DNA of 57,574 nt, the filler included, from Sphacelaria rigidula (taxonomy: Eukaryota): NCBI GenBank assembly GCA_964200075.2. It is 5 parts of 5 records of this genome, joined end to end, with 100 filler letters (N's around TTAATTAATTAA, not from the genome) between each part and the next. Parts side by side here need not be neighbours in the genome. Positions count along the whole stretch, not along the records: positions 34,609 to 46,042 come from CAXNAA020004928.1; 4 more parts are not named here. One strand, given 5' to 3'. The notes below the pieces were generated by a model. The model did no database searches, had not been told where the DNA came from, and saw only the letters and a list, made by a program, of their open reading frames with translations. Shown piece by piece: positions 35,451 through 46,142 of the stretch. Both the position numbers and the translations under genes were made by a program. Within the stretch, counting starts at the first letter, position 1. Each line of letters begins with the position of its first letter.

Positions 35451-38400
35451 AAGATGCAGACCGAATGATATTTTAAAGGGAGTATGAACAGTTCCGATTA
35501 GCAATTAACAGCGACTGCTTGAAAACAGTTGTGCGGCAGGGTGCCCATGTGTCACATGGGATGAAACGTTACCGACCCTTTGGGGTACTGCGCAAAATGC
35601 CTCTCCGTATGAGTCTCCACCGTTTTGGACCCGTGTCCGGTGTAACGCTTTTCGACGGCTATAACAAAGGCTGCTCAGAAACTAACTCCCAGGGCGGAGG
35701 CTGGTGATATTATATACCGCACTCCTTTTTCCGACCTGTGTTGCTCTTGTGCAGCATATGCTTTATCCTGGACTGTACTTTCTGTCACCACTGGGACTGT
35801 TTTGGTGCCTCACCAGAGGAGTTACTGTACGTACTGACTGGAAACCTCGCTTCCCTTGTGCATATTTGACCAGAGGGTTGCTACTTTTTCCCCATTGCAT
35901 GCGCTCTGAGACGTGAAAAAATGAACCATCTGCTGTTTGCAACTCCTCTCAACTTGCGAGCTGAGGTTCGGCACGACCGTCCAATTCACCCTCTTCTTTC
36001 GTTTGCTCAATGGTAGTAGGCTATAACAAGGTGATGCATTCGCAGGTTGAGTAGAATTTTGTTCGTGCGATTTCGAGTCACCGCGTTTCCAGGGGTCGGT
36101 CTGCTTGATTGACAGCCGTCCCTCTTGCACTATAGTGGTCGGAGGTGGGAAAATATGTGCGTTTTTGCTCTTTGACCAGCCTTGCCGGTGACACATAATG
36201 CACACTGGACGCTAATTTTGCGTTTCGCTGGCTCCTACAATCCTCTCAACTCGAATAACTGTGCACAAATGGCCCATACGTTTTACCTGCGGAAGTGTAC
36301 CTCGGTTCCTTTTGTATCGGATGGTGTCGCCAGTGCTAAGGCAGTGTGCTCCGCACGTCAAAGTGCCCTGCAATCGTGGGTTCAAATCTCTTCGTTGACG
36401 CCATTGTGAACTAAGCTTCGCTAGGGGTGAGGCAGTAGAGTAACGGGCACCTAAGAAGAGCGTTGTCGTACCCTGCTGCCGAAGGATCTCCAGAGCGAGG
36501 CGTCATTCTATTTCTTGTCATTTGGGCAAGGATGCGGCCGTGACCGATGGTAGGCAAGGAGAAGAACTGAACGAGGTGGTACGGTAGTACCGGCCCCGCG
36601 CATGAACCCTGGTGTTGTTTTGGGCTCTTGTACCGTAGACCAGGTGGTACGGTAGTACCGGCTTCGTTCCACCAGGGTCCATGCGGTGTTCCCATTGTTT
36701 TGGGCTCCTGTGCCGTAGACCCGGTCTGCTTAGGTTTCCGAAGATTCAGTTTCACAGGTTTGAACGTTTCGGGTCCGCTCATGTGTGTCACTGGCAGACC
36801 CCGTTGCTGAGACTGTTTTTCCGGCTTACATGTGTATTTGGATGTCATTACGCTGATACATATGTGGCCTCCACACTTAGCAGGATCTGTTCAGAGTGTC
36901 CTATATTCTACCCTCAAAACATGGAATATCATATGTATGTAGTATCCGCAACGAAATTGCCGTATCAAAACCCGACAGAAAAATAATATTCCGCCTTCAA
37001 CCAAATTAGCCGCCCTACTCTGCTTTTCTCCGCTGCAACGTCCTATTCGAGGTCAACATCCTGACGCTCCCATCTGTCCTCACCAGTGTTCGTGGCCAAC
37101 GCCACCCCCCATCCTCGCCACTTCTTGTCGATGTTCGTAGTCAGTGCTCCCTCTGCTTCCTTTCATGATGAAACACTTCCTCCTGCGTAATGCACTCCGG
37201 TTCTGGTCTTCAAGTGTCTCGTGTAGGAGGCTCAGCCAGATCTAAGCCGTCCGTCGACGACCGCTTCTCCTCCATCGTTGTCCCCGAAATCAGCCTAGAC
37301 ACCGGCACACGCTCCTTTATATCAAATGTGTGCGTGCTAGCCTTCGGCAGCAGTGTCATCTGCCTCCGCTCACACACCGAACCCCACCATGCCCGCAGTC
37401 AGGATGTTGACTCGTGATCACTGCTGCATTGTAACATGGGCGGGTGTGCCTGATGGACACGGCGCTGACCCGACTCCATCGCCACGCCATGGCCTTGGCC
37501 ATGGGTATTGGCGATAAAGAAATCACTCCTCGAGGGTAAGTCCGGCCCCACACCCGCCGGAACGACCCTTCCCACACCGTACCGACAAAAACGATCATGG
37601 TCTTCGTTGGAGGACGGGGAACGGCGAAGTACTAACCAATACGAGAAATGGCGAAATAAACTCGCAAAACATAGAGGTTGCCTCGCTCACCACACCACAC
37701 CAAACATGACAAGAGGCTCTTGTCCCATCATCACATAGAACCGTTTTCTATAGTATCGTACGGACATTTCACTGTACCAAAATGCGCATGTTAGAAACAA
37801 GGAATGAGTTGGCTTCCTCAAAAGCGGGCAAGAGGTTTTGTGATCAACCAGCTCGGAATCAGAAGCTCGACCACCTCGCCAGCTACTTCCTCGTGCACGT
37901 CGGCAGTTTTCCTCGCCATTTTGTTTTCATCATGCGATAGTGCCGTTTGTTTCTTAGGCCCGTGGTGACACGACACAAAATAGGACCAGCAGTTTAAAGC
38001 CACGTTTTGTGGAGAAGCACTTCCTCGAAATGTGGTGATTTTTCCCATGTGATGTTTCTCAAACACTTTTTTCTGAGACCCCTGAGGGCAAAACTTTGTC
38101 TGGGATATGAAGGTCACCCCAGATAGATGCTTTCCATGCCCCTCGTACTATGAAGGAACCGAATGGGGGGTCATTAGAGCGCTCCCATCAAGCATGGTAC
38201 AACTAGCTGTCTAGATCTAACAGTACATAAATGAAGCACAGCTGCACACGCAGGGTACCAACAGCACAGTGTACGGTGCAGCAACATCACAGTATCGCCA
38301 GTGTCGCGGTGTAACTGCACGAGGAATACCCACAGCTTAGCACATAGCTGTGCAGTACGTGCGATACATCCACAAGCGGCAGCAAAATGCTGCACGGTAC

Positions 38401-39379
38401 ATGCAATGCAGCCATACAGGTGGGGCACTACAGTATACAGCACATTGCTCCAGAAAACGGAGAGTATAGCGGCCGCCGTTTCACGCGCCAAGTAAAACAT
38501 GGCGAGTATCACGAGTATCACGGCGGGCGGGCGCACCCGTATCGGTTTGAAACGTTCCAGGCTTTTTTCAGAAGTGCCATGAGCAGTTTCGGGAAGTGTT
38601 GTCGAAAATTCGTCTCTGCCCGACCTCTTGGAGTGTCGTCGAATCACAAGAAGCGGTCTCAACAAAAGAGATATTGAAGAAAACATATAATGACTATTCT
38701 CAGAAATCGAGCCGCAGCAGGTGCCATACCCACCATAGAGCCAAACGTCACACGATTGCCGCGGGTTTTATATGGTGAGTTTATGGTCGAGCATGGGTTT
38801 TACGGCATCTGCACTGTATGATATGTGTTTTTCACAGCGCGGCATGGCGTGGTACACATGATCTGTTCTAACGTACAGCACGACACGGTGCCAAAAACTC
38901 ACGGTACGGCGGATTTCATTGTAAACGGAATCTATGATTTTGCGTTTCCGCAGTATGGCACGGTGCTGGAGTCGCATATTTGTGCGTAAACTACGGGGGG
39001 AAGTGTGCTGTTCCGCTGAAACATTTCGGGCGAAGAGATTCTTGCTCGACTTGTGTTCTCTTGCTGGAACCGCAAGTCTAAGCCTTACTTGACCCACCAG
39101 CAAAATGTTTGTGGCGTCTCCATTTCTGTGTATGCATATATATATATATATATGACATTCGTTTTGCCGTTTTTCGCGTGACGTGAATGTTTGCTTGTTT
39201 GTACAGCTTTTTCTCAAGATTGGCCAGGTGTGAATCCGTTTCCCAAGGCTGGTGACGCTCATCTTATCAGCTCACTAATGACTATTGTATGCACTCGCAC
39301 GAGTTGCACGACGAGGGCATCATATGCTGCAGCGAGTAGCTATTAGGGGGAGTTCTGCGCCACACACGCCGAAGTGGGC

Positions 39380-41362
39380 ATGGTCGATGTGGTGAACAAG
39401 CGGTGCGGCGGGAAGGACTGCTCTACAATAGCATCGTTCGGTGCAGCCAGTAGCAGGAAGGCGGAGTTCTGCGCCGCACACGCCCGAGCGGGGATGGTCG
39501 ATGTCAAGGGCAAGCGGTGCGGCGAGGAGGGCTGCTCCACATACCCATCGTTTGGTGCAGCCAGTAGCAGGAAGGCGGAGTTCTGCGCCGCACACGCCCG
39601 AGCGGGCATGGTCGATGTGAGGAGCAAGCGGTGCGGCGAGGAGGGCTGCTCCAAAAAACCATCGTTCGGTGTAGCCAGTAGCAGGAAGGCGGAGTTCTGC
39701 GCCGCACACGCCAGAGCGGGGATGATCGATGTCAAGCGCAAGCGGTGCGGCGAGGTGGGCTGCTCCAAACACCCATCGTTCGGTGCAGCCAGTAGCAGGA
39801 AGGCGGAGTTCTGCGCCGCACACGCTAGAGCGGGGATGGTCGATGTGAGGAGCAAGCGGTGCGGCGAGGAGGGCTGCTTCACATACCCATCGTTCGGTAC
39901 AGCCAATAGCAGAAAGGCGGAGTTCTGCGCCGCACACGCCCGAGCGGGGATGGTCCATGTGAAGAGCAAGCGGTGCGGCGAGGTGGGCTGCTTCAAACAA
40001 GCATCGGTGGGTGCAGCCAGTAGCATGAAGCCGGAGTTCTGCGCCGCACACGCCCGAGCAGGGATGGTCGATGTGAAGAACAAGCGGTGCGGCGAGGAGG
40101 GCTGCTCCACATACCCATCGTTCGGTGTAGCCAGTAGCAGGAAGGCGGAGTTCTGCGCCGCACACGCCCAAGCAGGCATGGTCGATGTGAGGAGCAAGCG
40201 GTGCGGCGAGGTGGGCTGCTTCAAACGACCATCGTTCGGTGCAGCCAGTAGCAGGAAGGCGGAGTTCTGCGCCGCACACGCCCAAGCAGGAATGGTCGAT
40301 GTGAGGAGAAAGTGGTGCGGCGAGGAGGGCTGCTCCACATACTCATCGTTCGGTGTAGCCAGTAGCAGGAAGGCGGAGTTCTGCGCCGCACACGCCCAAG
40401 CGGGGATGGTCAATGTGAGGAGCAAGCGGTGCGGCGAGGTGGGCTGCTCCACATACCCATCGTTCGGTGTAGCCAGTAGCAGGGAGGCGGAGTTCTGCGC
40501 CGCACACGCCCGAGCGGGTATGATCAAAATGAAAAACAAGCGGTGCGGCAACGAGGGTTGCTCCACTCAGCCATCGTTTGGTAAGGTCGGTACCATGAAA
40601 GTTGAGTTCTGCGCCACACACGCCAGCGCAGGGATGGTCTTCATGAACGGCATTGCGGAATCCTCGCGGCGTTTTTTCAACGGGATGCGGGAACAAGGGA
40701 ACAACTATCGCCCTGGTGCACGTGACCTGACCATGGCGTCTGATGCCGCAGGACGTGTCCGAGAAAGAATTTACCTGAACGATGACTCGGCCGTGGGAGA
40801 GACTGGTGGTGCTATCGACACAAGGGGTGGAAAATCCAATCATTCATCGGGACGTGGTTCCAATACGCACGATCGTGGTCGTAACGTTGATTCTCGTCGC
40901 AGCTCGCGTGCCATCCATGTCGGGCGACGGGGTGCGAACTCTGCGACCATTTCACCTGCCACCTGGACGCAGTCTCCTGGCACGGCGACAGCAGATAGAG
41001 TTCCGTTAGGTGGGGCAGAGACGTACATGAAAACCAAAGTGGAGACGACTGTCGCGCCTGCGCAAGGTTTCGAGGGGATGCGGACAAGCGAACTGGTCAC
41101 TGCGCGATCCAGCAGATGCGACGGCATGAGCCGTGGCGGCTCCAGCAACACCACCAGAAACGCAAGCTGTGATGATACCATCACCAATGGAAGGGGCACG
41201 AAGCGGCTACGCCGGGCGGCGCAGGTGGAGCCGGTAAATGACGCAGAAACGGAGGGCTCTATGATGTCTGAAGAAAAGGGAACCGATATAAAGTTGGAAT
41301 CGGATGTGTGTGTTCCCTCTCTTCACGTGTCCGCAGCCTTGTCCCGCCCGCGAGCGAGGTAG
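39380..41362 (+). CDS. EsV-1-7 cysteine-rich repeat protein (660 aa from ATG 39380; apparent original ATG at 39278 with in-frame TAG at 39344); 11 intact 38-aa repeats plus a low-complexity C-terminus
   Basis: Intronless ORF. The unit KRCGEEGCSTYPSFGAASSRKAEFCAAHARAGMVDVRS (C-x4-C-x16-C-x2-H...GMVDV) is the EsV-1-7 motif known from Ectocarpus virus 1 and the brown-algal IMM family. Confidence 0.92.
   Translation: MVDVVNKRCGGKDCSTIASFGAASSRKAEFCAAHARAGMVDVKGKRCGEEGCSTYPSFGAASSRKAEFCAAHARAGMVDVRSKRCGEEGCSKKPSFGVASSRKAEFCAAHARAGMIDVKRKRCGEVGCSKHPSFGAASSRKAEFCAAHARAGMVDVRSKRCGEEGCFTYPSFGTANSRKAEFCAAHARAGMVHVKSKRCGEVGCFKQASVGAASSMKPEFCAAHARAGMVDVKNKRCGEEGCSTYPSFGVASSRKAEFCAAHAQAGMVDVRSKRCGEVGCFKRPSFGAASSRKAEFCAAHAQAGMVDVRRKWCGEEGCSTYSSFGVASSRKAEFCAAHAQAGMVNVRSKRCGEVGCSTYPSFGVASSREAEFCAAHARAGMIKMKNKRCGNEGCSTQPSFGKVGTMKVEFCATHASAGMVFMNGIAESSRRFFNGMREQGNNYRPGARDLTMASDAAGRVRERIYLNDDSAVGETGGAIDTRGGKSNHSSGRGSNTHDRGRNVDSRRSSRAIHVGRRGANSATISPATWTQSPGTATADRVPLGGAETYMKTKVETTVAPAQGFEGMRTSELVTARSSRCDGMSRGGSSNTTRNASCDDTITNGRGTKRLRRAAQVEPVNDAETEGSMMSEEKGTDIKLESDVCVPSLHVSAALSRPRAR
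39398..40651 (+). repeat. 114-bp coding minisatellite x11
   Basis: Near-identical units; CGGAGTTCTGCGCCGCACACGC is invariant in units 1-10. Confidence 0.95.
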
Positions 41363-42724
41363 GTTCAAGAGAGGATCCGTGCACGTATGTTCCCCGGCAA
41401 TTGTTGGGCAAAGCGTTGTTTCGCCGTATTTCTGGTGCGCAGGTCCTGAATTCGTCCAAATCTTCGCGGTAGATATCCGTTCGTTTCGAGTTCAAATGAT
41501 GCCACTGTATTTGGACGATGGCTAACGAAGGCAAATGCCGCGTCATTTTCGTGGATTTTTTCACGCGTCACATAGCTTATGAGCTACCTGAATATTACTT
41601 CTGATTGATGCACTGCTCCGGATCATGGGCTAGCTTACTCGCCTCCTTTCTTCACGTTTTCCGCGTAGAGAGTTGGGCTCTGAGCACGCGAGGTAGCGGA
41701 AAGGTAGCGCTGAGGCTCGTGGTAAGCCCTGTCAACGCATTTGGCGTTCTTAGCCGACGGGTCTGAGAGTTCTCTTCGATCAGTGTTTTTAGTTAGCTCA
41801 TGATCTGTCCGATGTGTGGGTGTTTTTGAGGTGGCCAGTTACCTTCGGTCACGGTTTCCGCGGCGCGGTACATTGTATTGTTTGTTTTTTCGTATTTTCG
41901 AGCTCTTTCAGCATGTTGCGTTTTGTTTTGCTACTTTCGATAGGTCGCTGTTCAGAAAGGTGAATTTATATCCATACTCCACCACCGCGTCCCCATCATG
42001 CAGCTGATGAATTCGAAAGGCGTGCATGCGGGAGTTTCAGGGTTTGAATCCGATGGATCCGGTCCATCACATGTATCTGGTATGTCATGGATAAGGTGAG
42101 GACGTGAGTAGAGGGGACTTTGATGACAGTCGACACAATGCAGGAGTGCTGATGTCATTCACGGTACCGAAAGGTCGGGCGTGTACCGAGAAGGAGATGG
42201 TATCGTTCCTCGTGGCTACAGATGCGACTCGCAGAACGGGAGAAGTTAAACGAGGGAAGAAAAACAGCCAGTTTGCTGATGGTACAACCATTTTGTTTTT
42301 TTCCCGACATAACAGGGTGCCCAGCGGCAAGAGTGCGAAGCTGGAATGTGCACCGCCAGTAAACAGGGTATTCCATAAAATGAGTTTTTCTTGACTAGCC
42401 AGTATGCGTCAAAAAGCCGACAGAAGTACCGTCCGCAAGCGCCCCCCATCATTTCCGGGGAGAGGAAACAAGTGTCGATGGCTTGGGCGCCTATGGTCTA
42501 CGTAGCGTTTTTCGACTGCTCATAGCTCTCTGCCGGCGGCGTCGAAATTTGTTGTCGAAAAAATTGAGGATAAAAACTTTACCTGTTCAGTATAGCTGGG
42601 ACCCGATAATTCTACCCGCGACTCTGTGTCCCGAAGCCGGTCCCTCATTAACAATGTCGGGGTCTGGTGTGCCCACCTCCTCGTCGTGAACACTCACAAC
42701 AACGTTTTCGTGAGATAAAGACTA

Positions 42725-42995
42725 GAGCGCTGATTAAGAGGGGCTTTGATCATTCGCTTTAACTTGGCCATTTTTTCATTTTGTGTGCGATTCGCTTTGC
42801 CTCCATCACCAGCGTGTGCTCACAGCTACACGTCAATATTCGACTCAGAGATATCGAGGGCTTCAGTGGCGAGCTACTACAGAAAGCATATCGGGCCTCG
42901 TTGATGAGCATTTCGGAACTGAAACTATTCATTCACTAACTGACCGCATGTCACTCTCAATCGTATAGTCTACTCTCAATCTCACGAAAACGTTG
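42725..42995 (+). repeat. Dispersed repeat (copy 2 of 13503-13790)
   Basis: Shared blocks as listed for copy 1. Confidence 0.7.
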
Positions 42996-45954
42996 TTTCA
43001 CCCACAGTAATGGCTCAGGGTAGAATTGTTGCAGTTGAGGTATTCACCATTGCAAGGAACGTGACACGAAAAAAACGACTGGAGGTGTTCATGGAGTCCT
43101 TCACGCCTGTTTCAACATACATGATGGACCGTCAACGATCACTCGACAGCGACGGCAAAATGAAAATAATCATCCTGCTCTCATTTGTTCGGTCGTTTTT
43201 GCTCGCCATGAATCGATGTAATCTGTTTCGATTCCACGTGATGTCTTCACATGGCTTCTCGCCATCCTCATGAGCAGTCCTCCTCGTACATGGAGACGCA
43301 CTGTGAATCACAACATATCCATATCCCTCACACGGGCGCATAAACCTATCGTGCCTTTCTTTCCTAAAAACCCATGTCTCACGCACTGCACTTCGAAGCG
43401 AGGACGATCATTTTACCCACACTGTCAAGCGAGCGTCGTCGAAGCTCCCAGTCTTGCTGCCCTGATCGCTGCGATAAATCGGCAAGGTTGAACAAGCCGT
43501 TGCTCGGCACCCATTCTCCTGATGGCGAAATTCGACGCCGCCGTCGGCAGGAAGCGGCCAATTGTGTCGCGGGCCATAAGAGAACCGATGTGCGCCAGCA
43601 CGATATAATTATTTTCTCCGGCGCTGTTGTCGAGCTGTCCGTGTTGGCGCTCTGCATATCCCCCCTGTCAGTCGTCGCCACGCGCACCGTGCGAGAGCGT
43701 TGTCATTTTGTCGAGGAACGGAAGACATCGTGGAGGTTTCACAGTACGGACGCCTAGCTTTGGTTTGCGAAGGCGGGGTTTAACGAGAAAACGGCCTGTG
43801 AAGTCCGTGAGAGAACCTTCGCGATCGCGGTGTAGGATATCCCGTCATCACACTCGATCGGCGGTTCTCCACCCACATGACATCTCGTGTTCCCCAATAT
43901 TGATGACCGCAACAATAAACGCGGAATCCGCAGCTTGTCTTGAACCAATAACCGATCGACCTGTTAATTACGTAATGTCAATGTCGCACCTCCGAATCAA
44001 ATGAATAGAGTAAAAGCGAAATTCATGCAAGATATCGACACCAACACGAATATAATACGTGAGGAACGCGAAAAAACAGACATTCTACTGAGGGTTGTCA
44101 AATGTACTGTCAAATGTATTATTTGTGATGAAGCTTGGTGGCAGTAACATATTACGATGTGCGGGTCTGCTCGTCGACCCTGGATTCCGTGACGCGTTGT
44201 TACTGCGTTTGCTACTGTCATTAGTTAGGAATGTCCGGCCGCGGCCTGGACCCACCTTCATCAGATAGTGGCTTGCCTTGGTCTACTCGGGGCCATCACT
44301 ACGCTCTGCTCCTATGGCTGCGCCGCGTCTGTGCTGAGTAAGAGAGCTGCTTGTAGATATGACATCATGGTATGAAACACGTGAGCTGCTAACCGGCAGT
44401 CTACACATGAATGAACCTACTCTGTGATTGTTCGTGGTGGATAGCTATAGGTCGTACGGTGTACCCACGTGAGAGCTTGGTTAGCTGGAACCAATGGCAT
44501 CTCCTGCCTCTCGTACTGAGAGACCTCAGCCGGTGCATCAGCTACACCATTATGACAGTTGGCGTCGATAAACAGACCTTGTTCTGCTTGGTCAAAAGGT
44601 CTTTGTGTTGACTGGCGTTGTGTTTTTCTGCTCACGCTGTAGTCAGTAACTCGCCTTTAATTTTTGCGTTTGTTCACTTGTATTTAGTATTGCGCCCCTG
44701 TGCTGTTTTGATGGTCGGGGGCGTGAGCTTACTCTATGTTCGATTGCATTGTACGATGGTAGTAAAGACTGCTGTACGTTGCCCCTGCTTCGCGTATTAA
44801 TGATACGCATCTGCCCCCCCATCGATACACTGCTTGTAGCTGCTGAGCGATTTGCTGTAGCTGCCCTTTGGTCTTGTTCCCCCTCGTTTACATCCACGTG
44901 AGTGCCATGGTGGCGCATATTGTTGGTTTCCCGACTACGCGTCGACCTGGCCGGAACTGTGTTCAGCTTCCGCCTTGTGTATGTAGCTAACCGTTACTCT
45001 GTCTCACTCCAGTTTGTTCACTCTGCCTTCGAACAGGGTATCGCACGAGCCACTGTGCCACGTGCAAACTGTGTGCCCGCCGACAACTATTACATTGGTG
45101 GTGGTTAATAGCTGGTTTTGACGGCTCATGCTGTAGTAGCATAGGGTTGGTTTGCCTCGTGCAGAATTAAAACGCCCCCTCCCCCCTGTACCTCGGCGAG
45201 CACCCCAGATATTACTAGGTGCGCAACTCCGCCCCTTCCCCGCCGGGCGCCCCTTTGTGTATTGCGGTACTCCACCGCGCAGCATGGTTGTGAGGTGTGG
45301 GATGCCGAACCGTCAGTCGTGGAGACTGTAGCTTCCCCCTGTGACAGCTCACGCATGTAATACCGGACGTCGCGTTGTTGATGTTGGCACAATTGATTCG
45401 AGTCTACCGTATTTGATTTCCGCCATTGTAGGACAACGCCGCCTGACCGATTTCCTTGTGATGGTGTATTTTTTGTTTTCCGTCAACGGTACTACAAGTC
45501 GAGTCTCTTTTCAAGACTCGCTTAATAATTGACGGATTGTGGTTTTAGCGACAACATTTGCGGTCGGATGTAAGCCCACGAGTTTTGCGTGACCACCCCC
45601 CCCGATGTATTCCCACATCGCTTCAGTCAGGTCTGATTGACCTCTTCCGGTGTTTCAAGATGACTCCAGTCGGGGAGTACTGTGGTTTAAGCGACAAAAG
45701 TTGCCCTCGGATGGAAGCCCACAAGTTTTGCGTGACCACCCCCCCGATGTTTGACCCCACTTCAGTCCGGCCCGATTGAGCTTTCCCTTGTAGCATTAGA
45801 TGGTCCCCGCCCCTTGTGGAGGAGAGAGAAATGGCCCCGTAACCGTGCAGGGTTTTCTAGCGCATCATGTCCCCCCTTATCAGTGCAAAGTATCATCGTT
45901 TGCTGTACTATGGAAATAATATCCGAGCTCGAACATCATGTCTTGTAGGGGAGA

Positions 45955-46013
45955 TGTTACGAACAGGATAGTGTTGACCATAGTTGTTGTCCACATGCGT
46001 ATCTCTACTGTGG
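45955..46013 (+). mobile_element. LTR-like terminus (TG start after the purine tract AGGGGAGA), followed by a MITE left end at 46014
   Basis: TGTTACGAACAGGATAGTGTTGACCA...GCGTATCTCTA is homologous to 49963-50025. AGCCATCCTACGATAGGGG starts at 46014 and is cut by the scaffold end. Confidence 0.45.
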
Positions 46014-46042
46014 AGCCATCCTACGATAGGGGGGGGGGGGGG

Positions 46043-46142
46043 NNNNNNNNNNNNNNNNNNNNNNNNNNNNNNNNNNNNNNNNNNNNTTAATTAATTAANN
46101 NNNNNNNNNNNNNNNNNNNNNNNNNNNNNNNNNNNNNNNNNN
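46043..46142. other. Artificial scaffold spacer N44-TTAATTAATTAA-N44
   Basis: Identical 100-nt linker. Confidence 0.98.

Noticed and set aside
39320-40843. Long antisense ORFs (321, 407 and 166 aa) over the repeat array
   Set aside because: Shadow frames: a stop-free 114-bp unit repeated in tandem stays open on the other strand. Only the plus frame gives the known EsV-1-7 motif.
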